Shown: positions 54,964 to 62,355 of the stretch, piece by piece
How positions within the stretch are numbered: the first letter of the stretch is position 1
How the letters are laid out: the number at the start of each line of letters is the position of its first letter
IMG/VR virus record: IMGVR_UViG_3300031951_000074
Coordinates: 27,615-91,614 of that record
Source of the DNA: a virus
Lineage: Duplodnaviria > Caudoviricetes
Strand: one strand, 5' to 3'
Length of the DNA stretch: 64,000 bases
Program-made: the position numbers and the translations under genes
Notes under the pieces: generated by a model
The model's database searches: none
Seen by the model: only the letters and a program-made list of their open reading frames with translations
What the model was told of the DNA's origin: nothing

Positions 54964-54968
54964 ATATT

Positions 54969-55154
54969 TTATGGTCTACTGTGGATTATATAGTCTTTTA
55001 CAACATCTGGATCTACATCCCACTGTTGTAGTGGAGTGAGCAATCCAAAAGCTACGTTTGGTGAATTCCACCAGTTGTCACACAGTAACTTACTGCCTAA
55101 AATATAATACACTGCGAGCTGATATTTTGAGGGGATACTTGTTATAGTTGTCAT
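54969..55154 (-). CDS. Hypothetical protein (WWNSPN.AF..TP motif)
   Basis: ATG at 55154 overlaps the deaminase stop. Confidence 0.5.
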   Translation of the reverse strand: MTTITSIPSKYQLAVYYILGSKLLCDNWWNSPNVAFGLLTPLQQWDVDPDVVKDYIIHSRP

Positions 55155-55459
55155 GTGTGATCTACAATTTTGATGCCGGCAGCGGCAATGGCACTGCAAC
55201 AGATACTACACGGCTTTGCTGGGGCCGGAGAACCGTCTTCCAAGAACCGAAAAATCTTCATGCTATGTGCTTTAGATAAGTCTTTACACAAAGTAATAGC
55301 ATGGACTTCGGCATGAAGATACATTTTGTACGGTTCTCCGGTTTTAACAGCGTGATGAGCCTGAAGTGGATGTGTTTTGACGTAACTGTTTTTACCAATG
55401 CTCAACACACGTCCACGACGGTCATAGATTATTGCAGTGATCTTGTATTGCTTCGACAT
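55151..55459 (-). CDS. Zinc-dependent cytidine/dCMP deaminase-like protein
   Basis: HAE and PCxxC motifs. Confidence 0.8.
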   Translation of the reverse strand: MSKQYKITAIIYDRRGRVLSIGKNSYVKTHPLQAHHAVKTGEPYKMYLHAEVHAITLCKDLSKAHSMKIFRFLEDGSPAPAKPCSICCSAIAAAGIKIVDHT

Positions 55460-55466
55460 AGACTAT

Positions 55467-55495
55467 ATTATAGCCTAGTGTGCGTTATTTTTCAA
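55467..55495 (-). promoter_or_regulatory. Sigma70-type promoter TTGAAA-N17-TATAAT
   Basis: 17-nt spacer; transcript close to leaderless for ORF 55459. Confidence 0.65.
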
Positions 55496-55666
55496 GTCTG
55501 AGTTTTTGACTTCTTTTGTGCAGTCGTCACAGTCACCATCAAAATTTTTGTTTTCTCGTGCGTGAACGGCACGTTCTGCTGCTTTGCAAGCCTCCAGTGT
55601 GTCAAACACACAACGGCCCTTTTCACCATACTTGTACTTGTTGTTATTGCATTTATAGCACGGCAT
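55475..55666 (-). CDS. Small basic Cys-containing protein
   Basis: 63 aa 'MPCYKC...KYG.KG.C'. Confidence 0.5.
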   Translation of the reverse strand: MPCYKCNNNKYKYGEKGRCVFDTLEACKAAERAVHARENKNFDGDCDDCTKEVKNSDLKNNAH

Positions 55667-56177
55667 GTTCTAGTTCTTTCTTTAAAGAGTTCCATTCCAC
55701 TGGAATATAGTCAACACACTCCACACTTACATTGTAGTATTTTGGGTGTGTGTTGTTACTGCTATCCAACACTCGGCGATGATGTAAGTGACCGTGAATG
55801 TTGTATTTCCAACGGTAAAGATTGCTTTCATGCACTGGAATGTGTGACAGCAAACAATCTTCTAAGACATGGTAACCACGAATGTCATCAAAGTATGGCA
55901 CATAGTCATGTAGCTTGAAAATGTCGTGGTTGCCCTTGATTAACACTTTGCGGCCGTTTAAACGACTTAAAATCTTCAATGCTTTGCGGTTGATGACCAC
56001 ATCGCCTAGATGATAGACACGATCTTTTGGAGACACAACAGAGTTCCAATTCTTCACCAAATCCTCGTCCATGGAGTCCGCAGTGGTCCAGGGGCGTAGT
56101 TTTGTGTTGTCGTCTCGCAAAAAGTTACACACACCTTGGTGGCCAAAGTGTGTGTCTGAGATCAAAAAGGTTTTCAT
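55653..56177 (-). CDS. Calcineurin-like metallophosphoesterase
   Basis: 'SDTHFGH', 'HLGD', 'GNHD', 'SHIP', 'HGHLH'. Confidence 0.9.
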   Translation of the reverse strand: MKTFLISDTHFGHQGVCNFLRDDNTKLRPWTTADSMDEDLVKNWNSVVSPKDRVYHLGDVVINRKALKILSRLNGRKVLIKGNHDIFKLHDYVPYFDDIRGYHVLEDCLLSHIPVHESNLYRWKYNIHGHLHHRRVLDSSNNTHPKYYNVSVECVDYIPVEWNSLKKELEHAVL

Positions 56178-56539
56178 GACTTATTCAAGTAAAAGTCTGT
56201 TGCCATTGCTGCTGGATTTTCAACACCACAGTGTGCTGCAAAATGTTCTAACAATTCGCGTTCGTGTGATGCGTCGTAGATCGAATTGTGGATCTCCAAG
56301 TACCCTGCATCTTGTGCAGCTGCATAGGCTTCGGGTCCGAAACCAAAGATTTGGTACAACACATAACGATACGTTCCACCGTCCTCAATCTCACCTTTGT
56401 GAATTCGGCGAGATACTGCACAGAAAGCAGCCAACTGCTGTGACGGTGTTAACGAATTCCAGTAGGCCTCTTGTTCGTTTTCGAGTTCTTTCATGGCCTC
56501 TGTATAAAGTCTGGAAAGATTGTCGAATTCTGCGTTCAT
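56174..56539 (-). CDS. Hypothetical protein
   Basis: ATG 56539; 'GTYRYVLY..FGF...AY....GY..IHN'. Confidence 0.6.
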   Translation of the reverse strand: MNAEFDNLSRLYTEAMKELENEQEAYWNSLTPSQQLAAFCAVSRRIHKGEIEDGGTYRYVLYQIFGFGPEAYAAAQDAGYLEIHNSIYDASHERELLEHFAAHCGVENPAAMATDFYLNKS

Positions 56540-56856
56540 ACCAATGTGCTCCAGTCTGTTGATTGTGGTAGGACTTCTACTTTTGAACCAGCTGCTACTG
56601 CGCCCTTGATTAGGAATTCCAGCTGAGAAACACCCCAACTACTTAAACCATAGGATTGAAGATTACACAAGTACTGAGACCCACTGTTACCGTGAAATAG
56701 CACGCACCCATCACTCACTTCGAGAGACGCAACGCCTGAGTTCAACTGCCAGTTATTGCCTCCCATGTAGCCACCATACCAAACTCCAAAAACTTTGTAG
56801 ACAGTTTTGTTTTCTGTTTCAATCTTCAGGACAACCCAGCGATCTGGAATATTCAT
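56536..56856 (-). CDS. Conserved phage hypothetical protein (PD.WVV...W.GGY..W.LNSG...F.G.SGS.Y.C)
   Basis: GAGG RBS before ATG 56856. Confidence 0.7.
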   Translation of the reverse strand: MNIPDRWVVLKIETENKTVYKVFGVWYGGYMGGNNWQLNSGVASLEVSDGCVLFHGNSGSQYLCNLQSYGLSSWGVSQLEFLIKGAVAAGSKVEVLPQSTDWSTLV

Positions 56857-56871
56857 TTTTTCCTCTGTTAG

Positions 56872-56974
56872 TGGTAGGAGAGGTGGGAATCGAACCCACA
56901 TTACTCCGCCTTATCTAGACGGTGCTCTACGAGTTTATAAGGCTCGCCCTTAGGCCAATATTAGCAACTCTCCC
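56872..56974 (-). tRNA. tRNA-Ile(UAU) with a very long variable region (103 nt)
   Basis: Acceptor GGGAGAG/CTCTCCT-A-CCA; loop CT TAT AA; ~30-nt variable region; T-arm GTGGG-TTCGATT-CCCAC. Confidence 0.8.
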
Positions 56975-57064
56975 ATAAGTTAGCATACATTAAAATATCC
57001 TTCAGTAATTGCAATACTATCTCCCGTTTGCATCGGGCGGAATATTTGTATGCTAACTTATGGG
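56972..57064 (-). ncRNA. Unassigned structured RNA: 18-bp stem and a junction with two GCA-centred 7-nt loops
   Basis: CCCATAAGTTAGCATACA/TGTATGCTAACTTATGGG; inner CCCG-ATGCAAA-CGGG and AGTA-TTGCAAT-TACT. Confidence 0.5.
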
Positions 57065-57189
57065 AAGAAAGCGGTCTACTATTACACGCCGGTTACACTA
57101 TCCGGTCGCTACCGTTACGCTAGTGAGGCATCCTAGTCGCCAGTAATAGCATTATAGGTTCAGCAGAATTTTCCTGCAGCCGCTTTCTT
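57065..57189 (-). ncRNA. Unassigned multi-branched structured RNA
   Basis: AAGAAAGCGG/CCGCTTTCTT closing stem; inner CTATTAC/GTAATAG, GCAG/CTGC, CTAG/CTAG and CCGG/CCGG stems. Confidence 0.5.
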
Positions 57190-57192
57190 GTT

Positions 57193-57268
57193 TGGTAGGA
57201 AAGAGTGGGATCGAACCACTGACCTATGCTTTATCAAAACATTGCTCTACCAACTGAGCTACTTTCCC
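57193..57268 (-). tRNA. tRNA-Ile(GAU)
   Basis: ATGTT-TT GAT AA-AGCAT; CCA. Confidence 0.92.
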
Positions 57269-57565
57269 TTAGTCTTTAAATGGAACATCACCACCTACCG
57301 CATAACCATTGTGCTTGTCTGGATCGTAGATTTTCCAAGAACCTTCGATGTTGCCTGAGTAACTTTCATCAAACTCCTCGCCCAGCTCACCGTTGATTTC
57401 TCGATCACTTTCCGGGTAGATCCCATACGACTCTGCGTTTTGAAGTGCAAACATCCAAGCTTCTTGGTCCAATTGTTCGTTTGTGACGTCGTCGTTGTAC
57501 TCACAGAACTCTACAGACTCCATACCAGCATAACCGGTGTGTAGAAAGAATACAATCTTTTTCAT
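57269..57565 (-). CDS. Acidic hypothetical protein
   Basis: ATG 57565; 98 aa. Confidence 0.55.
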   Translation of the reverse strand: MKKIVFFLHTGYAGMESVEFCEYNDDVTNEQLDQEAWMFALQNAESYGIYPESDREINGELGEEFDESYSGNIEGSWKIYDPDKHNGYAVGGDVPFKD

Positions 57566-57577
57566 AGTATGTTTGTT

Positions 57578-57652
57578 TGGCAGGGGATGATGGATTCGAA
57601 CCACCGAATGCTTGAATCAAAATCAAGTGCCTTACCGCTTGGCCAATCCCCT
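57578..57652 (-). tRNA. tRNA-Gln(UUG)
   Basis: CTTGA-TT TTG AT-TCAAG; G73. Confidence 0.92.
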
Positions 57653-57863
57653 ATAGAATGCGTATTTCGTCGATGCGGTTCCAAGCAATCCAAGCTGTGC
57701 TGCAGGTGTCTTCAATGTACTTCAGATCACGAATGCTGCAGTATGGACCGCCAATGATTTTGAAATCTTTTCCGGCCTTCCAGTCTGACAGTGCTTCTTC
57801 TGCAGAATCGTAAATTTTTCCGTAACACGGAAGCAATACCATTGGTCCCATTGCAAAGTTCAT
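57651..57863 (-). CDS. Hypothetical protein (DW.AGKDF...GPYCSIRD)
   Basis: 70 aa ORF coupled to the upstream gene. Confidence 0.55.
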   Translation of the reverse strand: MNFAMGPMVLLPCYGKIYDSAEEALSDWKAGKDFKIIGGPYCSIRDLKYIEDTCSTAWIAWNRIDEIRIL

Positions 57864-58162
57864 AGGTCTTCAATCTTTGTTAAGGTCTTTACTTTGTGAC
57901 CAACAATGGTATCTGTTGGTTCGTACTTGTCGCCGGTTTTCTGATATACTCTGATTAGAGCACCAGGATCTTCTGGTGTGCCAGTGATTTTGAAACTGGA
58001 GCCTGGAACTTGTTCTTCTCCAGACTCAATGATTTTTGTGATCTTGCCGCGGGCAGTGCCACCGCTTGAATTCCAGCTAACGCTGTCTCCTCGTTTAACA
58101 CTGCCGGGTTTTGCTTTTTCTAGCAGTTCTACTACTGCTTTGTAGAAGGTGGAAGCACTCAT
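57860..58162 (-). CDS. Tudor/SH3-like domain protein (HVA1/DUF2945-like)
   Basis: 'GDSVSWNSSGG.A.G.I..I...GTPEDP' motif; AAGGA RBS. Confidence 0.65.
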   Translation of the reverse strand: MSASTFYKAVVELLEKAKPGSVKRGDSVSWNSSGGTARGKITKIIESGEEQVPGSSFKITGTPEDPGALIRVYQKTGDKYEPTDTIVGHKVKTLTKIEDL

Positions 58163-58182
58163 AAGTGTCCTTTATGTGGGTT

Positions 58183-58258
58183 TGGTGGAACGTGCGGGGT
58201 TCGAACCCACGACCAATAGATTAAAAGTCTACTGCTCTACCAACTGAGCTAACGTTCC
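58183..58258 (-). tRNA. tRNA-Lys(UUU)
   Basis: GTAGA-CT TTT AA-TCTAT; CCA. Confidence 0.94.
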
Positions 58259-58270
58259 GATTAAAACATT

Positions 58271-58299
58271 ATTATAGATGAATAAAGCAAAGATATCAA
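58271..58299 (-). promoter_or_regulatory. Sigma70-type promoter TTGATA-N17-TATAAT
   Basis: 17-nt spacer, directly upstream of tRNA-Lys. Confidence 0.72.
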
Positions 58300-58310
58300 A
58301 TCTAAAATTT

Positions 58311-58517
58311 TCAACGATTGAATAGGTGACTAAAAGTCCAAGTCAACAAACTAATCAATCCGCTACCAAGCGCAATAATGCCCCAACGAAGTGCTGAGTC
58401 GCGGTCACGTTGTAGTTGCGCTAAAAGACTCTTTTCTTCTTGTAATTCTTTTTCTAGTAATTCTACTTTTTGCTCTAGTCTTGCAAGAGCTACTGCTTTT
58501 TCAATTTCATCAGCCAT
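58311..58517 (-). CDS. Coiled-coil plus C-terminal TM protein (XhlA/holin-like architecture)
   Basis: GGAGG RBS before ATG 58517. Confidence 0.55.
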   Translation of the reverse strand: MADEIEKAVALARLEQKVELLEKELQEEKSLLAQLQRDRDSALRWGIIALGSGLISLLTWTFSHLFNR

Positions 58518-58576
58518 AGAGGCCTCCCGTCTAATACATATCTCCAAAATTCAAGCTAGTAGCCCTCCTATAAAAA

Positions 58577-58652
58577 TGGTGGAAGATATCGGACTCGAAC
58601 CGATCACCTACGGCTTGCAAAGCCGTCGCTCTCCCAGATGAGCTAATCCCCC
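58577..58652 (-). tRNA. tRNA-Ala(UGC)
   Basis: ACGGC-TT TGC AA-GCCGT; G3.U70. Confidence 0.94.
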
Positions 58653-58692
58653 ATAATAACTTTGATATGGCTAACGCCATATCAAAACTATT

Positions 58693-58771
58693 TGGTCTGA
58701 GTGAGAGGATTCGAACCTCTGACCTCCGAGTTCCAAGCTCGGCCGTCTAACCTGGCTGACAATACACTCAG
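58693..58771 (-). tRNA. tRNA-Pro(UGG)
   Basis: CCGAG-CT TGG AA-CTCGG; C1-G72. Confidence 0.9.
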
Positions 58772-58977
58772 ATTGTTTTGTTCTTACAACAGTCCTCAAA
58801 AGTCTCGAATAGTGTTTCAAACTTCAACTGGTATAAGCTGTGAATTCCTGTCAATAGATTCACAATCTCGTCTTTACTCAAGTCACGTTCCAAAATGGCT
58901 TCGTTGATTAACTCTACATCATTAACAACATTCCAGCAGTGAAGAATTTCTTGTTCTAAGTCAAATCGTGTTTTCAT
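58768..58977 (-). CDS. Hypothetical protein (RFDLEQ.I..CW.V...LY..KF..LF..FE)
   Basis: 69 aa ORF. Confidence 0.6.
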   Translation of the reverse strand: MKTRFDLEQEILHCWNVVNDVELINEAILERDLSKDEIVNLLTGIHSLYQLKFETLFETFEDCCKNKTI

Positions 58978-58993
58978 AGTGTTGTGGTGTGGT

Positions 58994-59069
58994 TGGTGGA
59001 AATAGTTAGATTCGAACTAACGACCAATGCCGTATGAAGACACTGCTCTACCTGCTGAGCTATATTTCC
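58994..59069 (-). tRNA. tRNA-Met(CAU) (elongator or Ile2)
   Basis: GTGTC-TT CAT AC-GGCAT; CCA. Confidence 0.9.
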
Positions 59070-59070
59070 T

Positions 59071-59146
59071 TGGTTGCGGTGCCCTGGAGTCGAACCAGGT
59101 TTCTCTGGCTTATGAGGCCAGCGGATTGCCATCTTCCCCGCCCGCC
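59071..59146 (-). tRNA. tRNA-Met(CAU), initiator-like, with a bulged acceptor stem
   Basis: CTGGC-CT CAT AA-GCCAG; 1:72 mismatch; extra A in the 3' acceptor strand. Confidence 0.78.
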
Positions 59147-59150
59147 ATTA

Positions 59151-59483
59151 TTACCAGTAATAGTTGAATGGTTTTTTCTTTGTGTCTACAAAATCAAAGT
59201 CTTCCAAGTCACAAAACAGAATCTTGTGTTCCATCAAGTGGTGTTGTCGCCGTGTTGGACGATTCATTGTTAGTCGTGTCCACCATGACGGAGTAGTCAT
59301 CCAGTGGTATTCTAAATCCACTTCTTTTCGCTTTTTAGGCTTCAATCCTGGAAGTTCTTTGTACCAGTACCGCAGCTTGTCATTTTCGTTTAAATACGCT
59401 ACTTTTTCAGTAGTGTATAACCAGTCGTATACATCGCGAGGCTTGCGGTGCTTCACTGGAACATCTTTGTGTGTTCTACTCAT
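59151..59483 (-). CDS. Basic hypothetical protein (MSRT...TPSWW..RP.R)
   Basis: GGAGG RBS before ATG 59483. Confidence 0.6.
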   Translation of the reverse strand: MSRTHKDVPVKHRKPRDVYDWLYTTEKVAYLNENDKLRYWYKELPGLKPKKRKEVDLEYHWMTTPSWWTRLTMNRPTRRQHHLMEHKILFCDLEDFDFVDTKKKPFNYYW

Positions 59484-59492
59484 AATACCTCC

Positions 59493-59569
59493 TGGTGCCC
59501 AAGGCGAGACTCGAACTCGCAAAATTTGGCTTCTAAGACCAACACGTATACCAATTCCATCACTTGGGC
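59493..59569 (-). tRNA. tRNA-Leu(UAG), short variable loop
   Basis: TTGGT-CT TAG AA-GCCAA; 77 nt. Confidence 0.88.
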
Positions 59570-59577
59570 TGTCTGAC

Positions 59578-59654
59578 TGGTACCCTCGAAGGGACTCGAA
59601 CCCTTAAAATTTGGATTTTGAATCCAACACGTATACCTATTCCGTCACAAGGGC
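59578..59654 (-). tRNA. tRNA-Leu(CAA), short variable loop
   Basis: TTGGA-TT CAA AA-TCCAA; 77 nt. Confidence 0.88.
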
Positions 59655-59655
59655 T

Positions 59656-59886
59656 TTAAAAGATTGTTACTGCATTAAACTTGTTGTAGTTGTGTTCGTC
59701 TTCGTTGTTCCACCAACCAAGTGATTCGTGAGCGCCTACCCACGACCGACCCTTGTTGTAGTTTTCCAGCAACGTCAGTTCTGAAATGCCAGCAACATTA
59801 TTGTAGCCGCCTTCGTAACCACTGACGACTACTTCTAAATCGGGCTCGTAGTCTTTCAACAGATTGATGAGTTCGTAGACTTTCAT
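59656..59886 (-). CDS. Hypothetical protein (MKV.ELI..L...D.EVVV.GYEGG)
   Basis: 76 aa ORF. Confidence 0.6.
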   Translation of the reverse strand: MKVYELINLLKDYEPDLEVVVSGYEGGYNNVAGISELTLLENYNKGRSWVGAHESLGWWNNEDEHNYNKFNAVTIF

Positions 59887-60080
59887 AGGTTTGCTTTGTA
59901 TTGTTTGATTGCGTCAGCATCCACAGATGCGTAAACACGGAACTTGTCTCGTCCTACGACCTCGTAGAACTCGTTATACATTTTTTCTAGGCTTTCGACT
60001 TGCTCTGCGGTCAGCAGACTGCAATGCACAAAGCGGTCAAGAGCCACATCTATCAAAAACTGTTTAGAATAGCCTGCCAT
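59883..60080 (-). CDS. Hypothetical protein
   Basis: GAGG RBS before ATG 60080. Confidence 0.55.
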   Translation of the reverse strand: MAGYSKQFLIDVALDRFVHCSLLTAEQVESLEKMYNEFYEVVGRDKFRVYASVDADAIKQYKANL

Positions 60081-60103
60081 AGTATTCCTCATCAAAGGAA
60101 ACT

Positions 60104-60132
60104 ATTATACAGGCTATGATTAAACAATTCAA
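60104..60132 (-). promoter_or_regulatory. Sigma70-type promoter TTGAAT-N17-TATAAT
   Basis: 17-nt spacer. Confidence 0.7.
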
Positions 60133-60134
60133 TC

Positions 60135-60947
60135 TTAGATTTCTACAGTCTTCAACCTGAAAGTCTTAGCCAGACTTTCGTATCCAATGTACCCACGAGG
60201 ATTGCACACTACTCGTGTGTTTCCAATGTTGTAGTCATGCGGATCGTGGGTGTGTCCGTGAAACCACAGTGGCACATTGTTGAAGCCTAGGATATCTTCT
60301 TCCAGGTTGCTGTAGTATGCCCAGTTAACAGAGTCGTTTGCTGGGTAGCGTGGGTGTTTACTCAGTGAGCTAGGACCATGATGAGTAACAACTACTACGG
60401 GCAGGTCTGTGTTTTTCACAAAACCCATTAGTGCGTTCTTGCTGTGTACATGCCGACTAACACTATCTTTTGCTTTCAGTTTTCTGTACGTGCCACTATC
60501 ATAGGTGATCTTGGCGTAGTCGTTCATGGAATATTCAATATCCATCATTGTGAGTGGATCCATGTTGTTCATGTCTGTCCACAGAGTACAACCGTAGAAT
60601 TCTACGCCGCCTACTCTTACATGATTGTCTTCCAAAAAGTACACGTTGTTGTAGTTGTCAACAGTCCAGTCACGTAGAACGTCTAGGGTCTTGTTCCACT
60701 TGTAATTGTAAAACTCGTGGTTTCCTGCAACATAGACAACACTTTCAAACTGTTGACTAGCTTGATCAAAGAACTTTTTTGTTGCCAAATACGTTTCGTA
60801 ATACGGGCCTTCAGAGCTGGAGCTGGTTTTTACTGCTCGTGCAAGTGTGACGTCTCCTGCACAGACCAATACGTCTGCATCGTCTGTATTTACTACATCC
60901 AGTTCACCAAATTCAAGGTGAACATCACTGCAAATTGAGATCTTCAT
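60135..60947 (-). CDS. Metallophosphoesterase
   Basis: 'SDVHLEF', 'AGD', 'GNHEFY', 'TLWTD', 'THHGPS', 'HGHTH', 'CNPRGY'. Confidence 0.9.
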   Translation of the reverse strand: MKISICSDVHLEFGELDVVNTDDADVLVCAGDVTLARAVKTSSSSEGPYYETYLATKKFFDQASQQFESVVYVAGNHEFYNYKWNKTLDVLRDWTVDNYNNVYFLEDNHVRVGGVEFYGCTLWTDMNNMDPLTMMDIEYSMNDYAKITYDSGTYRKLKAKDSVSRHVHSKNALMGFVKNTDLPVVVVTHHGPSSLSKHPRYPANDSVNWAYYSNLEEDILGFNNVPLWFHGHTHDPHDYNIGNTRVVCNPRGYIGYESLAKTFRLKTVEI

Positions 60948-61131
60948 TTTTTACTTCTTCAGCGGGTGTGTTATTGCTTCTGTTCAATCCTTCGATCACC
61001 TGTTGAAGCGTTACAATAGCTCTTGCTGCTTGTAGCTCCAAACTGGTTGGAGGGGTGTGGCCCACCAACACATCGTCTTTGTAAACAGGTTTTGGATTGT
61101 TTAATTCTTGTACTAGAATGTTATAGTTCAT
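60925..61131 (-). CDS. Hypothetical protein
   Basis: ATG overlaps the last base of tRNA-Arg; 'PPT.L.L.AARAI'. Confidence 0.5.
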   Translation of the reverse strand: MNYNILVQELNNPKPVYKDDVLVGHTPPTSLELQAARAIVTLQQVIEGLNRSNNTPAEEVKNEDLNLQ

Positions 61132-61205
61132 GGTCAGGCGTGCAGGAATCGAACCCACATTCAGAGCTTAGAAGACTCCTGTATTCTCCATTATACGAAC
61201 GCCCG
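61131..61205 (-). tRNA. tRNA-Arg(UCU)
   Basis: GGAGT-CT TCT AA-GCTCT; CCA. Confidence 0.9.
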
Positions 61206-61307
61206 GTTTGTGGTTTATTATAACTTTTTTCATTGGCTGGTTCAACATCATAATCAATGATGTCATAATATTCTGCTTTTAAGATAACCAGCTTTTCCCA
61301 AGTATCT

Positions 61308-62303
61308 TTATTCATGATTCATTTCAATACAGAATTTATTATGGGCCAAGTTTTTGGTCTTAGACTCCAGCATAATATCATGTGTGTTGGAGAAGCTGTA
61401 GGCCCAACGATTGCATGAACGATTCCAGTAGTAGTCTGAGTGTGCTCTCAATTGAGTTTTTGTAAACCCGTTGTTGATCAACAGGTTTAATTCTGGAAGG
61501 TCAGACTCGCTCCACACATCGCTCAACACTTCTTCTCGTGAGACTGAATAGTGGATCACTGGACGTACACCACGCCAACTGTCTATGATCTTCAACACTC
61601 GAGCATCGGTGGGTTCTATATACTCGCCAGTACGAATCCAGTGATGATGAATGTCTAACACTAGTGCACAGTGGTCTACTAACTCCAGACTGCTTTCAAT
61701 CCCCCACTTGAACTCGTCGTTTTCGATTGTGATGACATTGCGTGCTGTACTGCTCAGCTTTTTCAACACACTTTTAATGCCGTCTGGACCCTGTTGACCG
61801 CCGATGTGTACGTTGCATTTGAAGTCTTGAAACTGTTCGCCATAACCCATCATTCGGATCATGTCGCAGTGGTATTCAAACTCCATGATGGAGTTTGAGA
61901 CAACGCCTGGATTGTTGGATGCCAAAACACAAAACTGACCGGGATGGAAACTCAGGCGAACGTCAAGAGAACGGGCTAAGTCACCAATGTCTTGAAACTC
62001 CCTCACCAGTACCTGTTGGACGGCTGGTTGGCAATAAAACCAGAACCAGTCGTCGTGAGTGTAGGCTGGTAATACATCGCTAGAGATGCGTAGCATACGG
62101 TGACCTGGCGAACGGCTCCCCACCCACTTTACCTGCTGATATAACGCGTTTAAGTTGTGGTCGACAAGACTGTGCAACTTTGATTCTGCAGCCTGTTTGG
62201 TGGCGTTATTCAACCACGTAATAGTGGTAGTCTTGATGTTCGGTACTGGTACATCCTCGAACTTGCAAGCAAAGCCTACTCGATTGATATTTTGATTGAA
62301 CAT
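61308..62303 (-). CDS. uvsE: UV damage endonuclease
   Basis: 'R.SSD.LP', 'RLSFHPGQF.VL.S', 'N.H.GG', 'IENDE', 'VLDIHHH', 'HYS', 'AHSD', 'DIMLESK.K'. Confidence 0.92.
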   Translation of the reverse strand: MFNQNINRVGFACKFEDVPVPNIKTTTITWLNNATKQAAESKLHSLVDHNLNALYQQVKWVGSRSPGHRMLRISSDVLPAYTHDDWFWFYCQPAVQQVLVREFQDIGDLARSLDVRLSFHPGQFCVLASNNPGVVSNSIMEFEYHCDMIRMMGYGEQFQDFKCNVHIGGQQGPDGIKSVLKKLSSTARNVITIENDEFKWGIESSLELVDHCALVLDIHHHWIRTGEYIEPTDARVLKIIDSWRGVRPVIHYSVSREEVLSDVWSESDLPELNLLINNGFTKTQLRAHSDYYWNRSCNRWAYSFSNTHDIMLESKTKNLAHNKFCIEMNHE

Positions 62304-62325
62304 ATTAGTGGTTTGTTAAAACACT

Positions 62326-62354
62326 ATTATAGAGCTTTATAGCAAATAAAACAA
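62326..62354 (-). promoter_or_regulatory. Sigma70-type promoter TTGTTT-N17-TATAAT
   Basis: 17-nt spacer, upstream of uvsE. Confidence 0.65.
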
Positions 62355-62355
62355 G

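Noticed and set aside
56990-57046. Hammerhead ribozyme in the three-way junction
   Set aside because: CTGAAGG does not match CUGANGA and there is no correctly placed GAAA
58661-58686. 11-bp hairpin between tRNA-Pro and tRNA-Ala (similar one at about 54850-54883)
   Set aside because: Simple spacer hairpins, most likely processing or stability elements, with no further structure
47916-61205. Stop-codon recoding or suppressor tRNA
   Set aside because: No CUA, UUA or UCA anticodon was found, and genes read intact under code 11 with all three stops used
61121-61315. 64-aa ORF reading through tRNA-Arg
   Set aside because: Its 3' half coincides with the tRNA gene; the 5' part may be a real mini-gene but cannot be supported
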